Source: Diplonema japonicum
Taxonomy: Eukaryota; Protista; Euglenozoa: Diplonemea
Assembly (NCBI GenBank): GCA_964019335.1
Contig: OZ025655.1
Coordinates: 310,001-374,000 of the forward strand
DNA length: 64,000 nt
Direction of reading: 5' to 3'
In this document: positions 34,842 to 46,516 of the stretch, in pieces
Layout of the letters: every line of letters starts with the position of its first letter
Position numbering within the stretch: the stretch's first letter is position 1
The notes under the pieces: model-generated
Databases searched by the model: none
Seen by the model: the letters and a program-made list of their open reading frames with translations, nothing else
What the model was told of the DNA's origin: nothing
Program-made: the position numbers and the translations under genes

Positions 34842-36954
34842 TTTTTTCTTCTCTTATATTTTTTCAATCTGGAAACGAATGACGACACAGGAAGAAGGGG
34901 GAGGAGAAAGACTTTTTATGATAGATAGGTTCCCAGGATAAGGGGGGGATAAAAAAGAGGGGAGAAAAGAGGGTGATTCACGGGAGCGAACCTGAGCTCA
35001 CTTTCGTTTTTTTTTTTTTTTTTTTTTCTCCTTCCATCTGACAGTGCATCCCTCAGCGCACGACGTTGTGGTGACACGGATAATATGCACCCCGAATCGA
35101 TGGATGAGAAATAGAAGCTTCGCTTGTGAACTTGAACCGTAAATGAAACGGGATGGGGATGGGGGCGGGGGGGTTAAGGAAGATAGTAAGAGAAGTATCT
35201 GAGATTGGGGGAAGGGGGAAGACAAATAATAAAAGGGGAAAATAAGAATAACGAAGAGAGAAAAAACGGGGGAGGGGAAGTGCCCTTCCGAGAAACAAGC
35301 ACAGGATTTAAAGGCAACCGGGGGAGAAAATCAGTGGGAAGGGCAAGCAAAAAAAAAGAAAAAGAGAATTTTATTATGCTTTATTTTTTTTTATTTTTTT
35401 TTTTTCATTCCCCTATTTCCTGCGGAGGGAGAATACAAAAGTTTGCTTTTATTACAAGTAACAAACCGCAAACCGGAATCCACCCCCACTTTATTTCTTC
35501 GGTATTTCTTTTTTTTTTTTGTTTCCGTTTCTTTTTCCTATTTTTCTATTCTTATACAAAGCGAAAGAAGGTACTAAGGGAGTAAGCAGGGGAGGGGGGG
35601 ATAAAAAGCGTGAAAAAAAAAAAATAAAGCAGACAGACGGAACAGAACATACCATTTCATTACCTAAACCACCATGGCACCGAGGTCACGGGACCTGGCC
35701 CTTGGGCCTAGTATTTTTTTTTTCGTTTTTTGTTTTTCCTTAAAAAATTCAAACTTAAAACAAAGGGGGTTTTATTCTTCTTAAAAGAATGAAGGGAAGC
35801 AGAAGCCAGACTTATAAATAGAGGACGGGGGGGGGGGGGGGGGGGGGGGTTTCAGTTTTCATTCTTCCTTCTCTTTCCCCTGAAAGCTTCCACCCTCCTT
35901 CTTTACACTCCTAGCACTTTGTGTTAAACACTTCCTCTTGCTTCGGCTTGTTTCTTGTCTTTTTTTTTTTTCTCTTTCTTTTTTCCCTTTTCTCTCTCCC
36001 ATAAAAGACTGAAGAATTGTTCGGATGTGAGGAGAGAAGAAAGAAAAAAAGAAGAATAAGAAGAAGGCTGCTTGAGGTGCCATGGTAAGAGGGAACAGTA
36101 AAAGAAGAAAATTACTTACCAGAGAAAAAGGGGCATGGGGAGGGAGGGGAAATCCCACACTCCATTAATGCGGCGAGACAAAAAAGAGGGTTGAAAAAAG
36201 TCGACCTGGGGGGGGGGGGGGGGGGGGGGGTATGCGAGAAACTAGCCCCCGTATTCCGCAAAATGGCTGTAAAAAGCGGAGAGAAAATAAAAAGGCAGAC
36301 AGGGAGGGATAGACAGAACGTAAAATTTAAAAAAGGAAAGGAACCGAAAAAAAAAAGAAGAACTTTTTCAACGAGAAAATTTACAATTCTTCTCCAACTG
36401 AGAAGGACGGTCACCTCCTCAATGGGCCAAAAGAAACTTTGATGCACAATAGCATTAACTTTAGTTTCTTCTTTTTTTTTCCACTTGCATTTTCTTTTCT
36501 AGTCTTCGATTGTTGGGTAAGACTCGGTGCTGGATTAAGAGGAACGAATGAAAGGAAAATGAAAGAAAAAAATCACTGTGGTAGCAAAGAGAAGTGCTAG
36601 CAACGACCCACCACAGTGGTGAAGGAGGAGGGGGCGGATTGCAAAAGAAATAAAAAAGAGAAGAAGAAAACTGAAGCACAACTGCTACACATTGCCTTCT
36701 GCTTCGATCGTTGTCCTGCATCTGTGTTAAGATATCAGCAACAGTCGAACAAAACAAAAAGAAATTGGAAGTAGCGGCGAAGGAGAAGAGACTAATAAAG
36801 AGGAAGAGGAGACTAATAGCAAATTCCACCGTCAGGCGTGCATGGGCTGCCAGATGAAGCGGGAGAGTCGCACAAATCACTAGTGTCAGTCAAAGGGGAA
36901 GCAAGGGACCATTCAGCAAGTCGGTCCTGTTTGATATTGGTTGGGGAAAAAAAG

Positions 36955-37027
36955 TACCCCGTGAGGGATTCGAACCCTCAACCTTTGGATTAGAAGTCCA
37001 ACGCGCTATCCGTTGCGCCAACGGGGC
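36955..37027 (-). tRNA. tRNA-Arg(UCU)
   Basis: GCCCCGTTGGCGCAACGGATAGCGCG-TTGGA-CT-TCT-AA-TCCAA-AGGTTGAGGGTTCGAATCCCTCACGGGGTA forms a cloverleaf; followed by a T-run Pol III terminator. Confidence 0.97.
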
Positions 37028-37257
37028 TGACGATCGAATCTCGGTCTCAATTCCAGTTTCTTAATGTTGCATTGATGATCAAGGATTCGAAAACACACAC
37101 GAATATGAACACGAAAGAGTGCACAAGTGTACAAGGTGGCTGAAATGATTTTAAGCTAGAGTAGAGAAGCGAAAAAATAGGTAAAAAGGGGTGGAAAAGA
37201 ATAAATACTGCATACGAAAACAGAGAGTCGAATAAAAAAGAAAAAGAAAAAAAAAAA

Positions 37258-37298
37258 GAGACATTTAAGGGTACCTGCGGTATGTGGCAGGACGCCTG
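37258..37298. repeat. 41-bp dispersed repeat, copy 2
   Basis: 40/41 identical to 1049-1089. Confidence 0.9.
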
Positions 37299-37691
37299 AG
37301 AAAAAAGGTGACTGACATCCTCAAGAGGAGCCTCCCACGTGCCAGGAATCAAGCAGAGGTTGCTTCCATGGCCCGTATTAGTCTATCGCCGGAAAGAATA
37401 ATGAAAATAACGGAACGAAGTGAAGTAGGAAAAGAGAAAAGACGGCCTGGTCGCCAGGAAATGCTGGTTCAGACGCGTCGACGGACGCAGTTTAACGTCA
37501 TACCCGGGACCGAAAACATGTAGGAAATGGAAAAAGCAGAAAGGGTAGTAAAAAGTTTAAAATTGGAAAGAAAATGGAAAGGGTAAACTAAATAATAGGG
37601 TGCGAGGTCTGTGAAACCTTGCATAGCCTATCGCCCTCGTAGCACGCCGGGCCGGCACTCCTACATTGTGTAGGGTGGTTTCCGATTGTTC

Positions 37692-39426
37692 CTAGTTGTA
37701 GGAATGCAGGACAGTCGACCACTGCGACTCGTTGTAATAGAGGGTCCCGGCCCCTACAAAGTCAGCGAGCAGGGGTGCCACGGTCGAGTAGGACTTGTCC
37801 CCGAACCCTTGGGTTTGCAGCAGAAAGCCCTGTTCCTGGCGGGATGCGTAGTGCCACGTCGAGCCGTGACAGACCAGCAGGCACGGGATCGCAACCCGTG
37901 TGTCTAGAGGGACCGCGAACAGGGGGGCCTCACCCAAGAAGTGAGTGCACGCCCTGGACATGCAATTGGGGTCAAAAATGGCCTCGCCCCTGGAAAGAAA
38001 GCCCAGATGCCGAAGCTCATCCAGGTCCTCAGGGCCGTCGACGCCTGCATCCTTGGTGAGCCTCCGAAGGGCGACGAGCCCAGTGATCCTGGTGTTCGGC
38101 CGCGTCGCGGCGAGATCTCGCTTGGCCGCGGGGAGTGCGGGACCGTCCTCGGGCTCCGGGCGTTTGTTCCTCTGTGCGTTGTAGGTGAATAGGAGAGGGG
38201 TCTTCCCCGAAGGTCTAGCTTTATCGTCCTGGGGTCTCGGAGTCAAAGAGCGGGTGCTTCCATCCACCTTGGGCGAAGAACTCCGACCACCACTGTTGCT
38301 GCACCGGGGTGTTCAATCCCGAGTGCCACTCGTGAGACAGCCGGAGACGCTCGGACTCAGGCAGTGCGTTGTGCGCAGTCACAAGTAGTTGCTCTTGGTT
38401 GGCGACAGTTACCTGTTGGTCGGTAGTTCTGACCGCGTCACGAGCCTCGAGCAGCAGTTGATGTGGAGGGGTGTCCAGGTGCTTCGGGAGGGACCCGACC
38501 GCCAGGATCCGTCTCTGGTGTTCGTCCAAGAGCTCCGGTCGTTGTCGGAAGTAGACCAAGAGACTGAGGTAGCGGTCCATCCGTCTCTGAGGAGCCTTCG
38601 GTCGAGGGCATCCTGGTCAAGGCCCTGGGACTGTTCGCGAAGGATGAGAAGCCCTTCGTCGTCGGTGGATGTAGAACTCTTACCACGACGGCTTTCGTGC
38701 TCGTATGCAGTGCCGTCGTGCTTCTTCTTACGCGAGGGTTTGTCCGGGGAGTCCTGCGTGAGGTCGATCACCTCTGGGGCCCCGCTTGTTTGAGGGTCAA
38801 GGGGCAAATCCCTCGGTTCGGGCAACGGGCGCCTCCAGGGTCAGTGTTTGGACGCCGACCGCCGGTTGGAGTGTCGCATGTCCCATGCCGGGAGGCATCG
38901 GCGTGTCAATCCCGAGCCCGATGTCCTGATGGGCGGACTGGGTGCATATCGTAAGCTGGGCGGCCCCAGGGACCGTCATTAGGGCTCCAATCGTCTGGTG
39001 GATGCCCAGGGGGGCCCTGCCGAATCGGGCGTCGTCGCCTCGACTCGGACTAAAGATGGCTCCGCAGCCGACGTCGATTCCCTCTGGGTGCTGATAACCG
39101 GTTGGAGTGTCGCGTGTCCCATGCCAGACGGCATCGGTGTGTCAATCCCGTGCCCGGTGCAGACCGCGAGCTCAGTGGGTGCTCGTTGAAGGCGGCTGGC
39201 ACGGTGTCAACTGCGGCCCAGCATTCGTCCGTCTCAACAGAGTCACGCGGGGTGTAGAGGCTGCAAGCGATCGCGGTTCTGTAGCCTCCGAAACCGGCCT
39301 GGCCGAGGTCGCAGGCGTCCTCAGTTCTATAGACCTTGTGAATAGCCTGACCTCAGGTGAAACGGGTGTCTGCAGTTCTGCCGACTTCGTGAAAAGCTTG
39401 ATCGGCGCGGCCACGGGCGTCCTCAA
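37692..39426 (-). pseudogene. Frameshifted ORF of unknown family (possible ORF1/gag-like) inside the inserted element
   Basis: Overlapping ORFs 38409-38825, 38221-38580 and 37692-38267 can be joined by frameshifts; Pro/Thr-rich repetitive N-terminal part; no RT or recombinase motif recognised. Confidence 0.5.
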
Positions 39427-39692
39427 TTCCGCGCCAAGTGTACAAGGTAGAAGAGTTTACCTTTACCTCCCTCACCTCCAAAAACATCCAGCAAAACGTG
39501 ATCAGGGAATTGAAGGAGCAGGGGAAAATCAATCCACCTTTTGTGTGACACACTCTCTCGGGTTTTTTGTTGGAAAGCCCTCCTTTTAAAGTTTAGTTCT
39601 AAACTAGACCTTTTTACTTTTGGCCCAACAAAAAATGCTGACATTTCTTTTTGGTTTACAACATTTATTATTATGGGGAAAATCCCCCGAAC

Positions 39693-39764
39693 GGCTGTTT
39701 AGCTCAGTGGTAGAGCACCAGTCTCGTAAACTGGGGGTCGAGAGTTCGATCCTCTCAGCGGCCT
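39693..39764 (+). tRNA. tRNA-Thr(CGU)
   Basis: GGCTGTTTAGCTCAGTGGTAGAGCA-CCAGT-CT-CGT-AA-ACTGG-GGGTCGAGAGTTCGATCCTCTCAGCGGCCT forms a cloverleaf; followed by TTTT. Confidence 0.97.
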
Positions 39765-39784
39765 CTTTTCCCATTTTTCCCCCT

Positions 39785-40402
39785 TCAACAAACCTTGAAG
39801 ACACTCATTGGTGTGGAGTCGTCGATGCAGGAGTGTTCAAACTGCGTGAGGGCTGCCACAAAGCCCATGTTGGGGTTGATAGAGGGGCGGTGCTGTCGGA
39901 CAATATCACGGGCAAGCACAAAGGGGATGGAGAGGGTCTGTATTAGGTAGGCGATGACGGCGGTGGCAGAACGAGAAACACCCATTCTACAGTGCACGAG
40001 GGTGGAGGAGTTATTGGTTCTGGCATTTTCAATGAATGCAGTGATCTTGGCGAAGTGGGGCGAGATCAGCTGGTCAGAATGATCCTCCACGTTGATAGAG
40101 AGGTAAGTTACTCCCTGCCAGCGGACTGCGTTGCTCTCTGTAGTCAAATCCACCACGTGTGTGATCCCTTTCTTTCTAATCATCATTTGGTCTTCAGCAT
40201 CCTTTACACCCCCCAGGTACAACCACGGCAGCACTCTGCTTGCAAACTGTTCCTCATCTTCTTCAAAATTTACGCTGCAGCTTGGCACCACTTTCGACAC
40301 TGGTCGAATAGCACCGATGTTTGACAAGAATCCCTTTTTCTTAAGATGCACTCGCTTGGGGGGCTTTCTACTGGTTTCATCCTCAGCGGTTTGCATCATC
40401 AT
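39785..40402 (-). CDS. Dual-specificity protein phosphatase
   Basis: Motifs VLPWLYLG, VEDH, catalytic VHCRMGVSRSAT, INPNMGF..L. Confidence 0.93.
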   Translation of the reverse strand: MMMQTAEDETSRKPPKRVHLKKKGFLSNIGAIRPVSKVVPSCSVNFEEDEEQFASRVLPWLYLGGVKDAEDQMMIRKKGITHVVDLTTESNAVRWQGVTYLSINVEDHSDQLISPHFAKITAFIENARTNNSSTLVHCRMGVSRSATAVIAYLIQTLSIPFVLARDIVRQHRPSINPNMGFVAALTQFEHSCIDDSTPMSVFKVC

Positions 40403-41179
40403 TATTCTATATAAACTGGGGAAGATATTTTTTCCCGCTCTTTTTTCTTTTATCTCTCTTCTCTCCACCTGTTTAAAAAAAAAGAAGAAGGTGAAACTTT
40501 TCTCACAAAGCAAGGTAACTTAAAAAATAAGATCATAAAAATAAAAGGATCGAGTAGATAAGGATAAGAAAGGAAAGAAAAAAAGAATGTAGTCCAGATA
40601 AAAAGAAAACAGCCCCCCTCCCCCGAAAAAAAAAAATCCCTCTATTTTGTTTTTCTAAGGGAATAATGAAAAGAGAAAAGAAAAGGGGAGGACATAAAAA
40701 AGGAAAAACTAGAAGCAGTTTTCTGGCGTTTTCTTTTTTTTTTTTGTTGTTGTTTTTGTTTATTTCAGCAAAAGAAGAAAAAAATCGCTTGGTTGGGAAG
40801 GAAAGGGAATAGTAGGTCGGTAAAAGAAAAAAAAATATCGCTGCCCACGAACAAGCAGGTAATGACCATTACATCATCAAAGGCTGCGCCACCAACTGCC
40901 GCCACAAGTGAAAACCGAGATCTCATTCTTTTTTTTAAACTTGTGTCATGGTATGAAACCACGCACTTGCAGCCAAGAAAAATGCTCTGTTGCAGTAAAT
41001 AGCATCATTTCCTTCGTCTCTCCCCTCTTCCTACAAATAATTTTGGTTTATTTCCAGATTTAGGTGTGTGGTGAAACATCAAACAGGGATAATGTTACTG
41101 CTAGCAGTTCGCACTACAGAAAAAAGGGAGGGGGGGAAGAGGGACAACAACAATAAAAAGAAAGATGAAGAAGAAAAAA

Positions 41180-41290
41180 GCGCGTGGGGGGGGAATCGAA
41201 CGCGACGCTCTTCTTTCTTTCCCTTTTTATTTTTCTTATCATGAGTCCTCAAAGAGTGGGGGGGGCTGCACCTTAACCACTCAGTGAGAC
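41180..41290 (-). pseudogene. tRNA-like element (pseudogene/SINE-like) retaining A and B boxes
   Basis: D-loop-like GAGTGGTTAAGG, perfect B box GTTCGATTCC and downstream T-run, but no intact cloverleaf. Confidence 0.55.
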
Positions 41291-41820
41291 AACAAACAGA
41301 AAGGTACTGAAAGGAAGAAGGGTAAAAAAGATGGGGGAGGGGGGAAGAAGAAAAAAAAAGACCACAATGAAGTCTTTTTTCCAGTCTTCTTTGAAAAAAA
41401 GGGGATCGGCACACAGCCTGCTTTGCCTTCCTACTTGTTTTGACTTTTATTAGTTTAGTACTGAAGCCTCCTTCCCCTCCTAATACTTAGGGTTGATTGA
41501 TTTTTCTTTAATGCCTTTCTGTGTTTAACTCCAGCAAAATTTTCGTGTGTGAGACGCTCCGGCTTCTAAAGAAAATTAAATAATTAAATACCTACTAAGG
41601 TCCTCACCCTTCATGAGCAAGGCCTTCAAAGTTAAGCAGTTCAAAACCACCCCCAACTAAAGGTCCCTCAAGAGGTTCCAAGAAGGCGAGTCAACAAAAA
41701 AAGGCGAACATCTTTACCCAAGAGCAAATGATGGAGTTCTGTTCGGAGGAGGCATACGCACTGTCTTATCCCCACACCACCCCCACACTCAAATCTTGCT
41801 GTCGTTAAATAAAATATCGT

Positions 41821-41977
41821 ATTTGTGAATATAAGACTGATGATTTCACTTGTGGTGGCAGTTTTGACTCGTTAAATGTTATAACACTCGCTTCGCTCGT
41901 GATATAACCGACATTACCTCACTCGTCAAAACCACTGCCACCACGCGTGAAATCATAGGATCTTATATTCACTAAAT
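41821..41977. mobile_element. Palindromic MITE-like element, Crypton-like
   Basis: ~48-bp imperfect inverted repeats GTGAATATAAGA..ATGATTTCAC.TGTGGTGGCAGT.TTTGAC / GTCAAAA..ACTGCCACCACGCGTGAAATCAT..TCTTATATTCAC around the core ACTCGCTTCGCTCGT. Confidence 0.7.
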
Positions 41978-42700
41978 AAATAGTTATTTCTTCTTCTTTT
42001 CTTCTTTTTTTATAGAAAATAGATATTATACATAAAAGGGTTAACTTGAGCGATATCCATGATGTCTACTGTCTTTTTTTTTTTTTTTTTTTTTCTTTTT
42101 TTTGTATTGCGCTCTGCTCGGGTCCTCCTTTCTTTCTTTTTTTTTTTTTTTTTTCCTTCTGAGGGTGAGGATGAGGAAGTGTTGCAATCGAGTTGATACT
42201 TGAAAAAAAGAATTGGGAAAGGGGAAAAAAAGAAAAAAAAAAAATAAAGAAAAACACTTCTAATCAGAAAAGTGAAAGGGGGCGGAGCAGCCAGCACTTA
42301 GCATGTCGTTTGCACAACAAGAGAGAACGAAGGAGAAGGGATCTTTCCTATTTCTTCTCTGCAAGAAGTAGAAATCGTTGGCAACCCGAGAAAGGTAGGA
42401 CAATGACGTAGAAGCCACTCCGCGTCATAAGAGTACAAAAAAATTCTTACAACTAGATCCATTTCAACCACTTTCGCTTTTTTCTTTTCTTTTTCTTCTT
42501 TCTTTCTTTTTTTTTTTCCCCGTTTTTTTTCCCCCCTTCTCCCTCTTCTATCTAAAAAAAAAAAAAAAAACTAACCGTATGACAAAGATAAAAAGAATGG
42601 AGAAAACAAGGGGAGAAAAAGAAGAGAGAAAAAAAAAAGAAAAGAAAAAAGAGGAATCTTTTTTTTTTTTTTTTTTTGGGAAACTCACTTTTAGAATCTC

Positions 42701-45700
42701 TTAAATTTGTTCAACAGGATCTCTGTGCCCCTTTCTTCGGGTAATAGAAGCAAGCTCTTCAAGTTCGGTGGGTAAACTGCGCATTTTTTTTTTTTTTTTC
42801 TCTTGCCACCATACCAAGCTTTGCTAGTGAACCTATCGGGTGTCGAAAAAACCGTAGTTACATACGAGTGTAGCAAGGTCTGCGAATGTATTCATTAAAT
42901 ATTTCCCTCCCTCATCCTCATACCTTCACGCATGGATCAGTGCTGGACCCCAATAGTTTGAATAGAGAGAGGTAGGGCTGAGCCTCGCCATGAATGTCTT
43001 TGACACCTCTAGTATCAAAGAAGGAAGTGATGGCATCAACAAGACCCTCGGACTTAAAGCTGTTCGCGTCCGCTACGGAAATGTTAGTTGCGCTGTAGCC
43101 AGGTGGAGAATAGAGTGTCAAGAGGAGTGAAGACAGCGTACTGCGGTAGACTAGAAGATAAAAATCTGGCGACAAGTTACCTGCAGCTTCGCATTCCAAG
43201 CCGGCTAATGTGTTTTCGATTATCGCTGTGAACTCGGAGATGGTGTCGTCGGTCGGCTGCCGTTCCTCCGCTTTGTCTTTGCGGAACTTGAAAATCTTCT
43301 GTTCAACCACAGCAGCTGCCGGGGGAACCTTTCTTGCAACCTTAGCCAAGGACGATTGGTATTTACTCCCAACGCTGGCTTCCAAAGCCTGCTTCAACAC
43401 CTCCGCAATCTTAGCCTCCTCCTCCTTCACATCATTGCACGTTATGTCTAATACTTTTTCAAACCGTTCTTCACTTAGTGCTTTTTTCAGCTGTTCCATG
43501 CATTCTACGAGTTCGCATGTTGTCGCCAGCGACAACCCCTCTGCGATGTACTCCCTCGCCTTCTGTACCGCGCTGCAAAACGATTTCACCAGTTCCTCCC
43601 ACAAGCACAGTTCATCCGCCTCTTCCCAGAGATTGTTCCACAGCAACGCGTCTCCTGCAACCTCCACAATAGTGTGGAACACGGACTGCACGCCTTGGTT
43701 GGAGATGTTTTCCGCTGCTTCTGAGCAAATGTCGGACGCCCAGTTCGCATAATATGAGGAAAAGGTTGCCGAGACCGGGAAGTGATCCAAGTGCTTGGAT
43801 GTACACGGGTTCGAGAAATTAACGGAGGTCCAAGGCGCTGCTTCAAGGCGTGAGTCCTCCGGGGTATTGGGTGTCGTGGGTTCCTCGATGAACGACATGA
43901 AGTACTTGCACAGGGCGTGGACGAAAGCATGTGTGATGGGGCTGCGTGTTTCTGCTTTTGCGGCTAACTCTGCGGCTGTCATTCCGATTTCAGCAGCTTC
44001 ATTCATAACTGCTGTCTGGATGACTTTCAAGTAGTCCATGTCAGAAAAGAGGTCCTGCGGCTGCACGGCGCTCCCGTTGAAAACGTCAGATTCCTTGTTA
44101 TAGAACCGAACACCCTCGTCGTAGGCCATCCTGCAAATCACGAGGAGCCCTTCTGCGCTCACCCCTGCAGGCTGCGATAAGACCTTTCGCATTTCGGATT
44201 CAAACCCATCTGTATGCGTGGGTGACCCATTTGTAATGTCGATGGACGTGGTCATGGACTGCCGGCGTTCAACCACACCCGACCCGATGATCTTCTCCGT
44301 AAACAGTGTTACCTTCTCTTTCACACCTTCTTTCAGCCATTTTTCGTACAGAACCTTTGGGGCTTTGCTTTTCACCCCTGTCAGTTTTGCCGCCGTTGAG
44401 ACCAGCAACTGAATCGACTTCGTGATCTCTTTCAGCTCCTTCAGCTGCTCCTCTGGCTTCGACCCAGTACGCTTCAGCGAGTCGGAAATCAGCTCTTTCG
44501 ATCTGTCTTTCAACATGTTCCGCAGCTTCTTCAATACTTCGCCTGCTATGCGCCGCTCTTCCACAAGCTTCATGTTCGTTTTGAGACGTGTCTCTACTGA
44601 CTTGATTAAGTCGCAGTTGACGTACTCAGTGTCCTTGTTGTCTTCAATAATCTGCTGTGCTATGAGTAGATCCACCAAACCCGTTGGCACCCCGTAGTGC
44701 ACTGCGTATATCTGCAATATCTCTTCCGCCACAGGGGTCGTTTCTCTGATCATTCCCATCAGAATCTGCAGCTGTTTCACGTGGTCAACGCCCCATGTGT
44801 CCTCAACAGGGACAGGCATCGCGTTCACAGGAGTTGCAGATGACACCATCGATGAGGCGTCGTCATTAGGGTATCCGGGGGCCAGCAAGGGTGTGGGCTC
44901 TTGGTCCTGATCGGTGTTCGTATCGATCTTGTTTGTGTTGGGTGTTGATTTGGAGTTTTTGTCGTCTTCGCAGTCGGGTGCTGTCTGCGCGGGATTCCCA
45001 GAAGGGTCGACGATGACCTCGATGGTGACCTTCCCAGGACAGTCAGGGATCTGGAAGGTCTTCTTCATGGCCCACATGCTGCCGATACACACGTCTTCCA
45101 ACGAGATGTCAAACGAAGAGATCAGCTTCGTGTCGTGCTCAACCTTGGAGAACAACCCACAGCAACCACCCTTTTCAACCAAAGACCGCCTGATAAGAGA
45201 AACGGTCACAGGGCGGGAAGTGTCTGGACTGTCACCGATGGTGACAAGGCCCGTACAACGGTGGGGTCCGTAAGGGCGGTAATCCTCAGAGCGGCCCCAC
45301 ATGGTGGTACCTTTTGAAACGGTGCCACAGGTGACTTTGTAGAAGTGCTCAAAGGGTATGGATGAAGAACCATAGAAATTGAGTCGGATCTCGAGACCGC
45401 TTTGGAAACGGCGGGTGGAGTTCGACGCGACGGACTGCTTACGCAGGGAAGCGGCCGATGTGGAGGCGGCAGAGGATCGCCGCCGTGCAGTGTCAGGCAT
45501 CATGTCGACGAGGGGCTTGGCTGCTTTGATAAGCTCATTTTCTGCAGCAGCCCACTTCCTTCGCAGCTCTTCGTCTTCATTGATGAAGTCGTTTACATAC
45601 AGACCTTGCCGGTCCTCCAAGCACTCTTCCCTGCCTTCGAGGAACAAGGTGTAGTATTGCTTGGGGCGTGACGCCTCGTCTCGGGTTTCCCGCAGAGTGG

Positions 45701-46226
45701 ACTTCAATGCGCTCTCCACTTCCTCGGAGTTTTCATTGAGAAAGTCGAACAGTGCTTGGACGAGATTGCTGCGTGTCTCGTCAGATGTGGCGAAGTGAGG
45801 GGTGGTTGGCATGGGTATTAAGATAGCACGGCATGCTGCAGACATCACTTCTACTTTCTCTGTCATGTCGGTTGTCATGAGAGGAAAGCGGAAGGCAGAT
45901 AGTGCAAAAGTCTGCTCCTCGCTGTTCGGTGTTTGTATATTCGTCCCTGTTGGTGAATACAAGATGCCGTCCACACCACCCTCTCTCATGTTTGCAGGGA
46001 CTAGCTTTGTGAACTTCAAGTCAACCGCGTCATACACTTCATTCCCAGGAATACTTTTCGACCCCACCGCCCTCTTGTCCACCCCGAACCCTCGTTTTGC
46101 TACCGGTGATGCCGATGACGAACTCAGAGACCCGCTCCCTGTCCCTACCCTGTAATTCGTTAGCACCGGTTCATATATGCTTCCTAGTCGTAAGGAGCCT
46201 CGGTGTCCGGGGAGAAATTCAGACAT
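42701..46226 (-). CDS. Large hypothetical protein (possible C2-like region, helical C-terminus); introns 42880-42923 and 42777-42814
   Basis: 1102-aa ORF ends at donor AAG|GTATGA; two GT-AG introns extend it to ...RDPVEQI*. Confidence 0.75.
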
Positions 46227-46375
46227 TTCTGCTTTTCTCTTCTAGTTCTTATTTTTTTTTTTTCTTATCGGCTTTTTCTTTTGGGCATTTTTTTCTTTTC
46301 CTTTCGCCCTGTGTGTGTGTGTGGTGTATATTAAGTTCAGATCACGATAAAAAAAAAAAAAGAAAACAATCAAGC

Positions 46376-46414
<39 letters not shown>

Positions 46415-46516
46415 TGTCTGTGAGCCGCATCGTTTGTGTTTGTTCTATTATACAAAAAAATATTCAAGTATAGGGGAAAAGGCATTGTAAATAAGAAGGG
46501 GCAGGGCAGGGGGGTA

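Larger units (their letters stand above)
37138..39434 (-). mobile_element. 2.3-kb degenerate inserted element flanked by the 14-bp direct repeat CAAGTGTACAAGGT
   Basis: Repeat at 37124-37137 and 39435-39448; GC-rich interior without host homopolymers; chain of frameshifted minus-strand ORFs; internal direct repeats; carries the 41-bp dispersed motif. Confidence 0.7.

Noticed and set aside
39470-39600. Possible SL RNA or snRNA divergent from tRNA-Thr (AACTAAACTTTAAAAG... with an Sm-like GTTTTTGG)
   Set aside because: Lacks the conserved SL core CAGTTTCTGTAC...TTG|GTA; the resemblance is too weak.
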